Sequence record: OZ374479.1
DNA length: 32,000 bases
Strand: one strand, 5' to 3'
Shown here: positions 24,097 to 32,000 of the stretch, in pieces
How the letters are laid out: every line of letters begins with the position of its first letter
How positions within the stretch are numbered: position 1 is the stretch's first letter
Made by a program: the position numbers and the translations under genes
Notes under the pieces: generated by a model
Seen by the model: only the letters and a program-made list of their open reading frames with translations
Told to the model about the DNA's origin: nothing
Database searches by the model: none

Positions 24097-24149
24097 CCAC
24101 ACTTTTGTACATGCCATGTATTACATAGCATGCACAGAACAAAGTGTGG
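24097..24149. terminator. Long imperfect hairpin between convergent rps4 and psbN (9 perfect bp plus ~8 more with a 4-nt bulge)
   Basis: CCACACTTT (24097-24105) pairs with AAAGTGTGG (24141-24149). TGTACATGC then pairs with GCATGCACA. The structure ends 4 nt from the psbN stop, so it could serve as a 3' element for both genes. Confidence 0.5.
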
Positions 24150-24152
24150 ATA

Positions 24153-24287
24153 TTAATCTTCGTGTTCCTCAAATGGGTCACGGAGATCTTTTGATGGTGG
24201 ACCAAAACCGATGTAAATCGAATAGCCTGTTACACTAATCAAGAGACACCAAAGAAAAACGGCGTAAAAAAATGCTGGAGTTTCCAT
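24153..24287 (-). CDS. psbN: Photosystem II protein N (44 aa); not in the ORF track because it is too short
   Basis: Manual translation of the minus strand gives [44 protein letters not shown]. This carries the PsbN signature (..[17 protein letters not shown]) and sits in the usual antisense position next to psbH. Confidence 0.9.
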   Translation of the reverse strand: METPAFFYAVFLWCLLISVTGYSIYIGFGPPSKDLRDPFEEHED

Positions 24288-24366
24288 AATAGGCTGCGAG
24301 TGAAATTTTGATATAGTTTAAAGTAGAAAGTAAAAAAACACAAATGAATGTGAGAAATTTATTCAT

Positions 24367-24603
24367 ATGAGCACAAATGAAACAAAACTTGCTGGAACAG
24401 GAAAAGTAACAGTATTAGGGACAGCCTTACGCCCACTTAACTCAGAATATGGGAAAGTAGCACCAGGCTGGGGAACAACAGTAGTAATGGCAGTATTTAT
24501 TGGATTATTTGCTGTTTTCCTCGTAATTCTTCTTGAAATCTACAACCGTTCATTACTTCTTGATGAAGTAGAAATGAGCTGGCTTTCAAGTACAGGGTAC
24601 TAA
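24367..24603 (+). CDS. psbH: Photosystem II phosphoprotein H
   Basis: ..[40 protein letters not shown].. is the conserved PsbH core. ATG verified. Confidence 0.94.
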   Translation: MSTNETKLAGTGKVTVLGTALRPLNSEYGKVAPGWGTTVVMAVFIGLFAVFLVILLEIYNRSLLLDEVEMSWLSSTGY

Positions 24604-24660
24604 GTTTTATTTTCTTCACATACGAAGCATGTAGCATAAAATGCACGCATCACATGTGTC

Positions 24661-24680
24661 TTGCCACGCGTGCGTGGCAA
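24661..24680 (+). terminator. Stem-loop downstream of psbH (8-bp stem TTGCCACG/CGTGGCAA, 4-nt loop)
   Basis: Perfect inverted repeat 58 nt after the psbH stop. It is also downstream of the minus-strand trnR. Confidence 0.5.
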
Positions 24681-24702
24681 ACGCCTAATACACGAAGTTC
24701 TA

Positions 24703-24774
24703 CATCTCGGATAGGAATCGAACCTACACAGAACAACTTAGAAGGTTGGAGCCCATCCATTAGGCGACCGAGAC
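24703..24774 (-). tRNA. trnR: tRNA-Arg (anticodon UCU)
   Basis: The reverse complement reads GTCTCGGTCGCCTAATGGATGGGCTCCAACCTTCTAAGTTGTTCTGTGTAGGTTCGATTCCTATCCGAGATG and fits a cloverleaf with anticodon loop CTTCTAA. There is one C-U mismatch at the top of the anticodon stem and a G1-U72 wobble. Confidence 0.85.
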
Positions 24775-24850
24775 AAAAAAACGTTATCACCTGAAAGGTA
24801 ACACAAACGTAAATGTAGCTGCAGTGTAGTAAACACTATTATAAAAGACA

Positions 24851-24923
24851 AGCCCCCTGTCGGAATTGAACCGACGACCCTCGCATTACAAATACGATGC
24901 TCTAGCCGCTGAGCTAAGGAGGC
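24851..24923 (-). tRNA. trnT: tRNA-Thr (anticodon UGU)
   Basis: The reverse complement reads GCCTCCTTAGCTCAGCGGCTAGAGCATCGTATTTGTAATGCGAGGGTCGTCGGTTCAATTCCGACAGGGGGCT, with anticodon loop TTTGTAA. Confidence 0.9.
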
Positions 24924-25093
24924 ATTTTCATACAGTATAAAAGATTTAGGACGGAGATGCAAGCGCCTTTCTTTAGACAAATTCATGAAAGTAAACGTAG
25001 ACAAGGCCTTTGCAATATGATATATTCACAATACTTATATAAGTCACTACATGTATAAATACACAATAGTACTTCTTATATAGAACCCTCAAA

Positions 25094-25165
25094 TCCTCAG
25101 TAGCTCAGTGGTAGAGCGATCGGCTGTTAACCGATTGGTCATAGGTTCAAATCCTATCTGGGGAG
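25094..25165 (+). tRNA. trnN: tRNA-Asn (anticodon GUU)
   Basis: TCCTCAGTAGCTCAGTGGTAGAGCGATCGGCTGTTAACCGATTGGTCATAGGTTCAAATCCTATCTGGGGAG, with anticodon loop CTGTTAA. Confidence 0.93.
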
Positions 25166-25344
25166 AATAAAAAAGTATTTTCACTCTTTTACTTTGTATG
25201 GTATACTCTGTGTAATGTGGCTATTTCCACCTTTACTAGCACAATTTCTCTGTGCCCCTATACGAGGATGAGATACAATTCAAAAATTAGCAGGCACAGT
25301 GCCACAAACATAATATTTGTATTTAACGTTAATGGAGACACCCC

Positions 25345-28300
25345 ATGGCTACTACTAACCCTAATAACGATTCAAATTTAAATCGTGTTGATTTATCCTT
25401 ACATGAATTCCTAGGAGCCCCTTGGAAAAACGCAACCAATTCACAATCGAATCCAGTTGCACTCGAAATGTTACTAATGCCAAATGATAACATCCTTTCC
25501 CCACATGATCCACGTGGCGAGGCAACCATTGAAGAAGAACCTTTTATTCGACGACACGGAGATAAAAATAAAAAACCAACTCTCACACAATCAGATGCGC
25601 GCGCGCTCGCCATGGAACAACGTGAATATGTACGAGCATTTAAATTAACGTATCCATCGCTTTGGTATGCACTTCGTACCAGTCATGCCGTCACTGGTGC
25701 AGCCTTACAACGCGTACACCATACGATTACCATGTCTTACAAAGTGGTGTATCTTCTTTCAGATTTTGTTTGGCTTGTACTCACACCCATTCGACGTGTT
25801 CTAGGTGTGCTTATTGGCGATGAATATGCACAAGCCAAACGTGCATTTGATTCCCGTATGCACCGCAACCGTTTATGGTTAGGGCGCAGCCGTGGATACA
25901 CATATTTAAGTGCATTCTATCACCGTTGCCGTTACATTTTCTCATATTTCCGTGTTCATCAATTTTATCAAGTCGAGCTCTTTTTACGAAATTATTTGAC
26001 GATCCGGCGTGGTATCCAAGCTATTTTACCTGTGGGCCTTTTTTGTTCTGTTGTTTACAAAGCTGTACTCATGCCAGCTATTGTAGATTCACGTGGATTA
26101 GAAAAAGCATCACAAAAACGACTCACAAAACAGGTAAGTAGTCTTACTCAACTCTTTATCGCGGATGACGCATGTCCACTTGATCCATTAGAAGAATTTA
26201 CGCGCCTTGAATCGGGTGCTCTCTATAATCATGATACACATTACGTCATTGAATTTGTGGAAGGTCAATATACTGAGGTAGAAAAGAAATTATTACGAAC
26301 TATTATTCACCCTGGTGAATTTACAAAAATGTTGCGCCGTTCATACAATGTGCTAGAAAAGCTCAAAAAAACACCGCGTGCATACTTGCCCCTAAATAAT
26401 GGCAGTCATATTGGTACATATGAATTAAACCAAGAAGAAGAGGACCAACTCGCCGAACCAGAATCACTTACACCAGGCGAAGAAGAGAAAGATGAGGAAA
26501 CAAAATTAGCCGAAGCAGCCGAACGACGAGCCGCATTTATTCCTGATAGCCCATACTGTATGCTTCGATCAAAAGATCAAGATATGCTCGAACGCTATAC
26601 AACAACTGAAAAAGTACGAAAATACCGTACGCACTATGAAAAACGACTTGCGTATAAACGTAAACCAAGCAAACGAACATATACCGAAGCAATACCGTAC
26701 GTACAACCAGAACGTACAGAATTGGAAAAAATGAAAGCGGCCGAGAAACGTCAAAAATTTGATGCACAATTAGAAGCCTTACCACTTCTACATAGCGTGG
26801 GAACGAACATCCCATGGATGACGGAACTGTATCAAGCAGTTGAATTTGGTCAAAAGTGTTTAATCGATGGAAAGTGGGAGATCTGGAACAAACGTTTAAA
26901 CGAGGAGTTGTCGAAGTACCCTAATCTTAATAACCGCATCGTATTGTCACCATTTGGGCTTACAACTACCGAAGACTCGACGACAGAAAAGGAACTAAAA
27001 ACTCTCAAACCTTTTTCAAAAAAGGAAGAAAAATTCTTCCCGTATACACGATCACGTGATGTGCTACTCAGCCATGCACATAAATTTGACCACGTTGAAA
27101 ACATTATACTCAATGAAGAGGTTCGAATTGCAAAAGCAGAGTGGGAAGAACCTGGGGAGTTAGGAGAAGCTATCATGGATTGGTCATTCATTAGCGATGA
27201 AGAAGACACAGAATATGATGTAACTGACGATGACGACGAAGAGAATGGCGATGAAGACGAAATGGTTGCAGAAGACGTTGAAGATGACGACGACGACGAG
27301 AATGTAGATGACGACGAGGATGACGATGTCGACGAGGACGACGAAGATGACGACGAAGAAGATGACGACGCGGACGAAGATGACGACGACGAATATCTCG
27401 ACGATGACGAAGATGTAGAAGATGATGAAGATGACGACGAAGAAGATGATGAAGATGACGAAGATGACGACGAAGAAGATGACGATGAAGATGATGACGA
27501 CGGAGATGACGGAGATGTAGAAGAGGAGAAATATACGGAAGATGGATATCAAGAAGATGACACAGAAAACATAGAAGAGATTGCCAACAATACGGAAGAA
27601 GTAGGCTCTACGCCAAAGGAATATGAGAAGGTTTGGACAAGCTATTCATCATTATTTATTAACCCAGTAGATTATCAGCCATGGCAATCTATGGTATGGA
27701 AAAGCTTTGCCTTACAATTAATTATGTATGGTGGAATCGAATTCTGTATTCGCTTACAATGCCGTGGATTACGTATTCGTTTAAAACCATTACCAAATGT
27801 TCATCGTCTCATTCCGCATCTTGGACGTATGCCAGAAGGAGTATATGCTCGTGAGTATGTTGGCGAGACAATGAATACAGTACAAGTCCGCAAGCTCCTA
27901 CTTGCGTTTCAAGCACGACGTGGGGCTTCACTTTATGGGCATTTACAATGGAAAAAAATGTGGAATCGTATTGTTCGTCAAAATATCTCTGAAAAAGACG
28001 AGATTTGGATGAATGTCACCACTCGTAAATGGCAGACCAAGCTCTCACATTTTGTGAATCCGGAAACTGAACATGTGGAAGAAAGTGTGCTTATTGCACG
28101 TAATGTAAGCCAGTATGCTGGATTACCAAAAAAATTGGCTATGGATTTGGACATTGACCCACGTTATTTTGGCTTTGATAAATTAACGCAATCTATTCAA
28201 ACACATACCAATACAAAAAATCATGACGGTACCTTATTACCACCACTCGCAATCGCTGAACGCCAACAAGCGTTTAACCGTTTAGGTGGGGAAATGGCAG

Positions 28301-29883
28301 TTGCACGTGGTTTAGAATATGGGAAAACGGTTCAAGAAGAAATTTGCCATTTCCCATTATTTGCCCTCATTAAACCTGGCCCACACCGCATGAATCGTCT
28401 ACCAAAAGGGATGATTTTACTTGGCGATCCAGGAAATGGGCGTACATATTTTGTACGTACACTCGCAACAGAAGCGCGTTTACCACTCTTAATTACAGAA
28501 AGTAACCGCTATCTAGACCAAGCTCTTGGATTAGTACGCTTAAAAACGCTATTTAAACGTGCCCGTGATCATGCACCAAATATTCTTTTTATCCGTGACA
28601 TGGATTTTATGACACGTCACCGTGAACGTTATCCAATGTTTACATCAGTCCGTGCGACAACACAATTACTCATGGGAATTGATGGGTACACGAATGGAAC
28701 AGAACCGTTCCCAGCTCCAGAAGATATTTTTGTGATCGGAAGTATGACAACCACAATTATGATGGATGATGCATGTATGCGATCTGGACGTTTTGAATGG
28801 TTATTAAACTTTTATTACCCACCAGTGGATGAGCGCCATAACATGTTAGTTTTACACAGTACAAAATCAATCGTAAATAGAACGACGGATGTAGACTGGA
28901 ACTATTTCACAGCAATGACGGACGGGTTTAGTTGTCTTGATATTCGTACACTTGTCAATACTTCAGCTATGTATGCAATGAAACAAAATTCAACGTTCCA
29001 TACCGGGGAAAGTGTGGCGTTTGCATTAGGCTCAATCAATCATATTCATGATTTACCAGAAGTGACGTTTAGTTCAGCCGGTGCAATCAACTTCTTTTTA
29101 CGTGCCGAATATATCCAACGCAAAGAAAACATCACACAATCTGCACCATTCTTTACACAAACCGGGCACGTCCCAATGTATAAAAAATTAATGCATTTAT
29201 TCCATGCTATGGCCGCAAGCGAAACAGACATTCTTGCAAAACGTTGGGGTATGCCACAAAACGAACAAGGGTTTGGTTTAGAGTTAGAACCAGATCGTAC
29301 ATTGGTGAATGGTTTATTACCACTTTTTTGTGAAGGTTTATTCCTCTACAATACGCAAAAAATGTGTGGTATTCCATACCCAATTATTACGTTTGATACA
29401 TACTGTTCACCACTCTTTTTTGAAATGAAACATTTAGTGGATAGTATGAGCGTTGACCATACAATGGAACGAATTACAAAAGATAACTTATTTATCACAA
29501 CGTTTGATCTATGGCAACGTGCACATCCAAGTGATTGGACACCAACAGCATTGTTTAATAGTAAATCAATTGCGATGCGTACTCATGCGACAACCATGTG
29601 GCGTAGTACACGCTTTGCGAAAAAATATTCCGTAATTGGAGGATTAACAGAATTAGAAAGTGAAATTCTTTGGGGTCCACCGCCAATTGCAACAAAAATT
29701 AAAAGCCGTGTTGCTTTCATCGGAGAAAAAACAATTGAATTTGCATCACGTGATGCAACACTCTTTGGAACATTTGAGACGCATAGTGACCTTGCATTTA
29801 AATGCCGAAAACAAACAACAGCACGCCGTGTCGATCAAGTCTCAATGGAGATTTTAGATGTGATGCAAAAACATTGGCGTTAG
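25345..29883 (+). CDS. ycf2: Giant FtsH-derived AAA+ protein of the Ycf2/plastid ftsH-like type (1512 aa), predicted to lack protease activity
   Basis: - AAA module at aa ~1020-1200. Walker A-like GDPGNGRTYFVRTLATEARLPLLITE (nt 28423-) resembles land-plant Ycf2 [25 protein letters not shown], including the K-to-R change.
- Walker B-like ILFIRDMDF at nt 28582-28605.
- Second-region-of-homology remnant MRSGRFE at nt 28780-28797.
- Two N-terminal hydrophobic segments at ~25744-25815 and ~26014-26085, as in FtsH.
- I found no HEXXH motif anywhere in the translation.
- ATG verified. The gene symbol is a family-level call and could be annotated ftsH in algal plastomes. Confidence 0.85.
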   Translation: MATTNPNNDSNLNRVDLSLHEFLGAPWKNATNSQSNPVALEMLLMPNDNILSPHDPRGEATIEEEPFIRRHGDKNKKPTLTQSDARALAMEQREYVRAFKLTYPSLWYALRTSHAVTGAALQRVHHTITMSYKVVYLLSDFVWLVLTPIRRVLGVLIGDEYAQAKRAFDSRMHRNRLWLGRSRGYTYLSAFYHRCRYIFSYFRVHQFYQVELFLRNYLTIRRGIQAILPVGLFCSVVYKAVLMPAIVDSRGLEKASQKRLTKQVSSLTQLFIADDACPLDPLEEFTRLESGALYNHDTHYVIEFVEGQYTEVEKKLLRTIIHPGEFTKMLRRSYNVLEKLKKTPRAYLPLNNGSHIGTYELNQEEEDQLAEPESLTPGEEEKDEETKLAEAAERRAAFIPDSPYCMLRSKDQDMLERYTTTEKVRKYRTHYEKRLAYKRKPSKRTYTEAIPYVQPERTELEKMKAAEKRQKFDAQLEALPLLHSVGTNIPWMTELYQAVEFGQKCLIDGKWEIWNKRLNEELSKYPNLNNRIVLSPFGLTTTEDSTTEKELKTLKPFSKKEEKFFPYTRSRDVLLSHAHKFDHVENIILNEEVRIAKAEWEEPGELGEAIMDWSFISDEEDTEYDVTDDDDEENGDEDEMVAEDVEDDDDDENVDDDEDDDVDEDDEDDDEEDDDADEDDDDEYLDDDEDVEDDEDDDEEDDEDDEDDDEEDDDEDDDDGDDGDVEEEKYTEDGYQEDDTENIEEIANNTEEVGSTPKEYEKVWTSYSSLFINPVDYQPWQSMVWKSFALQLIMYGGIEFCIRLQCRGLRIRLKPLPNVHRLIPHLGRMPEGVYAREYVGETMNTVQVRKLLLAFQARRGASLYGHLQWKKMWNRIVRQNISEKDEIWMNVTTRKWQTKLSHFVNPETEHVEESVLIARNVSQYAGLPKKLAMDLDIDPRYFGFDKLTQSIQTHTNTKNHDGTLLPPLAIAERQQAFNRLGGEMAVARGLEYGKTVQEEICHFPLFALIKPGPHRMNRLPKGMILLGDPGNGRTYFVRTLATEARLPLLITESNRYLDQALGLVRLKTLFKRARDHAPNILFIRDMDFMTRHRERYPMFTSVRATTQLLMGIDGYTNGTEPFPAPEDIFVIGSMTTTIMMDDACMRSGRFEWLLNFYYPPVDERHNMLVLHSTKSIVNRTTDVDWNYFTAMTDGFSCLDIRTLVNTSAMYAMKQNSTFHTGESVAFALGSINHIHDLPEVTFSSAGAINFFLRAEYIQRKENITQSAPFFTQTGHVPMYKKLMHLFHAMAASETDILAKRWGMPQNEQGFGLELEPDRTLVNGLLPLFCEGLFLYNTQKMCGIPYPIITFDTYCSPLFFEMKHLVDSMSVDHTMERITKDNLFITTFDLWQRAHPSDWTPTALFNSKSIAMRTHATTMWRSTRFAKKYSVIGGLTELESEILWGPPPIATKIKSRVAFIGEKTIEFASRDATLFGTFETHSDLAFKCRKQTTARRVDQVSMEILDVMQKHWR
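27196..27579 (+). repeat. Low-complexity GAY/GAR codon run encoding a 128-aa poly-acidic tract inside the ycf2/ftsH-like ORF
   Basis: The translation DEEDTEYDVTDDDDEENGDEDE...DDDEDDDDGDDGDVEEE...DDTENIEE contains 99 D/E out of 128 residues by my count. The DNA is a near-continuous array of GAT/GAC/GAA/GAG triplets. Confidence 0.9.
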
Positions 29884-30022
29884 GTTTAATACCTATAAAG
29901 CGTTAACGCCATACCAAACTCACGGGCCAATAGCCAAACATGAAAATGCAAGGTATTTGCCCGTATAAACATGTTAGAGAATGTCAACATTACCTGCTCG
30001 TGTCATTTTTTCGTATATTTTT

Positions 30023-30050
30023 TTGCATTTAGGAAGCTGACCGATATAAT
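30023..30050 (+). promoter_or_regulatory. Candidate sigma70-type (PEP) promoter for psbEFLJ: TTGCAT - 16 nt - TATAAT
   Basis: -35-like TTGCAT at 30023-30028 and -10 TATAAT at 30045-30050, ~78 nt upstream of the psbE ATG. This is a consensus match only, and such matches occur by chance in AT-rich spacers. Confidence 0.3.
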
Positions 30051-30127
30051 ATAAATGAGCCTCGTTCAGATAAACTGATTATCGGTTTAATGTACGGGCT
30101 TTTAACAGAATGTTGAAGGAGTACCAT

Positions 30128-30373
30128 ATGTCAGGTTCTACAGGAGAGCGTCCTTTTGGTGACATCATTACCAGTATTCGTTACTGGGTGATTCACAGTG
30201 TTACAATCCCATCTTTATTTATTGCTGGATGGCTTTTTGTAAGTACTGGATTAGCATACGATGTGTTCGGGACACCGCGTCCAAACGAATACTTTACAGA
30301 CGAGCGCCAAACGCTTCCTCTAGTGTCAGATCGCTACGGCGCACTTGCACAAATGGAAGAGCTTGTTTCATAA
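30128..30373 (+). CDS. psbE: Cytochrome b559 alpha subunit (81 aa)
   Basis: [61 protein letters not shown].. ATG at 30128 verified. SD-like GAAGGAG lies 7 nt upstream. The track start at 30110 is an extension. Confidence 0.96.
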   Translation: MSGSTGERPFGDIITSIRYWVIHSVTIPSLFIAGWLFVSTGLAYDVFGTPRPNEYFTDERQTLPLVSDRYGALAQMEELVS

Positions 30374-30401
30374 GTAAACCTACGTAGGAAAACGCAGGAG
30401 C

Positions 30402-30443
30402 CCTCTTGCTCATAACCGATTTCGTATCAGGTTGAGCAAGAGG
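30402..30443 (+). terminator. Intercistronic stem-loop in the psbE-psbF spacer (perfect 11-bp stem, 20-nt loop)
   Basis: CCTCTTGCTCA (30402-30412) pairs with TGAGCAAGAGG (30433-30443). A second imperfect hairpin, CATGCGCAC..GTGCACATG, follows at ~30448-30471. Confidence 0.55.
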
Positions 30444-30519
30444 AATACATGCGCACAATATAGTGCACATGCTATGTATACGTTATTTATTCGACCTGTG
30501 ATGCAGGTATATTTTTATT

Positions 30520-30636
30520 ATGTCGATTAAAACATATCCAATTTTTACATTCCGTTGGTTGGCAGTCCACGCATTAGGTGTTCCAGTGGTATTTTTCCTT
30601 GGTGCTCTAACAGCAATGCAGTTTATTCAACGTTAA
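30520..30636 (+). CDS. psbF: Cytochrome b559 beta subunit (38 aa); too short for the ORF track
   Basis: Manual translation gives [38 protein letters not shown], which is the PsbF signature including the heme-ligand His. Confidence 0.94.
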   Translation: MSIKTYPIFTFRWLAVHALGVPVVFFLGALTAMQFIQR

Positions 30637-30648
30637 AAGGAGAATTGT

Positions 30649-30765
30649 ATGACAAACCCAAATCCAAATAAGCAAACTGTTGAGTTAAACCGTACCAGTC
30701 TTTACTGGGGTTTACTCCTCATTTTTGTTCTTGCGGTTCTTTTTTCAAGCTATATTTTTAACTAA
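30649..30765 (+). CDS. psbL: Photosystem II protein L (38 aa)
   Basis: Manual translation gives [40 protein letters not shown]-like AAGGAG lies upstream. The gene starts 12 nt after psbF. Confidence 0.94.
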   Translation: MTNPNPNKQTVELNRTSLYWGLLLIFVLAVLFSSYIFN

Positions 30766-30788
30766 ACACATTTATAGGGGAGAGCTCT

Positions 30789-30914
30789 ATGTCAAACACG
30801 ACAACAGGACGAATTCCATTATGGTTCGTAGGAACAGTGGCTGGAATTGCAGCACTTGGTCTTTTAACCATTTTCTTTTATGGTTCATACGTTGGTCTTG
30901 GGTCTTCACTTTAA
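30789..30914 (+). CDS. psbJ: Photosystem II protein J (41 aa)
   Basis: Manual translation gives [43 protein letters not shown]-like GGGGAGAG lies upstream. Confidence 0.93.
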   Translation: MSNTTTGRIPLWFVGTVAGIAALGLLTIFFYGSYVGLGSSL

Positions 30915-31229
30915 GTTTCCATACCAACACTACGAAGCACTCACTAAGTGCGACACATAATTTTTTGAGCGATGCTCAGGATCGCCACAATGGTTTTGCG
31001 AGCAATACATCTATTGCGAGCTAAAGCCACTTGAAGCCTTTGCCCCGATACACGTGGGCGTGAGTGCTTCCGCAAAATTTCGTTATGAAAAAAATGACCA
31101 ACTGTGACAATTGTCTCCTCTATGAGATATATAGCATACCACCACAACGTATTAAACGAATACAATGGTAATGCAATGGGTACACACGTAATATACGTAC
31201 GGATGACAGGTACGTTTGCCATTCGTTGA

Positions 31230-31916
<687 letters not shown>

Positions 31917-32000
31917 ATAGATATATATGCATCCGGCGCTTACACCAAACACCGATGCCGGTATACATGTAAAGTCATCGCATCTATAAACAATATGGAG

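Noticed and set aside
24738-25004. 88-aa minus-strand ORF. The 60-aa ORF at 18847-19029 is similar.
   Set aside because: They overlap trnR and trnT (and trnC respectively). The tRNA cloverleaves explain the sequence.
27184-27552. 122-aa minus-strand ORF made almost entirely of I/V/F (MISIFRIFLLFYISVISVVIIFIVIFF...).
   Set aside because: It is the antisense reading of the GAT/GAC/GAA acidic codon array (ATC/GTC/TTC), so it is a compositional artefact of the poly-D/E tract.

Overview
This window is a plastid (chloroplast) genome fragment from the green lineage, most likely a chlorophyte or prasinophyte-grade alga or a secondary green plastid. It is not a bacterial accessory region. Evidence for a green algal plastid: tufA is present; rps12, ycf3, petB, trnI-GAU and trnA-UGC all lack introns; the D2 and CP43 sequences are green-type with the classic 53-nt psbD/psbC overlap; and there is a giant degenerate FtsH/Ycf2-like ORF.

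Gene content, left to right:
- rRNA operon on the minus strand: partial rrl, trnA, trnI, rrs.
- Two unassigned paralogous ORFs.
- psbC and psbD.
- rps2, rpoC2, rpoC1, rpoB.
- trnC.
- tufA, rps7, rps12, rps18.
- trnE, trnL, ycf3, rps4, psbN, psbH, trnR, trnT, trnN.
- A 1512-aa Ycf2/FtsH-like AAA+ ORF.
- psbE, psbF, psbL, psbJ.
- petB.

I saw no CRISPR array, transposase, integrase, defence-type cassette or intron.

The parts not explained by the canonical plastid gene set are:
1. A tandem pair of lineage-specific coiled-coil ORFs between rrs and psbC. They are paralogous to each other and conserved at the protein level rather than the nucleotide level.
2. Repeat-rich, GC-rich structured DNA around those ORFs.
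3. The Ycf2/FtsH-like ORF, which has a K-to-R Walker A, a degenerate Walker B, no HEXXH motif and a 128-residue poly-D/E tract.
4. A 9-mer (ATGCACGCA) that recurs only in spacers.
5. A structured 146-nt spacer splitting psbE from psbF.

All calls come from reading the sequence and translations by eye. No database search was run. rRNA ends are approximate. The ORF track reports non-ATG starts as M, so I re-checked start codons for the genes listed.
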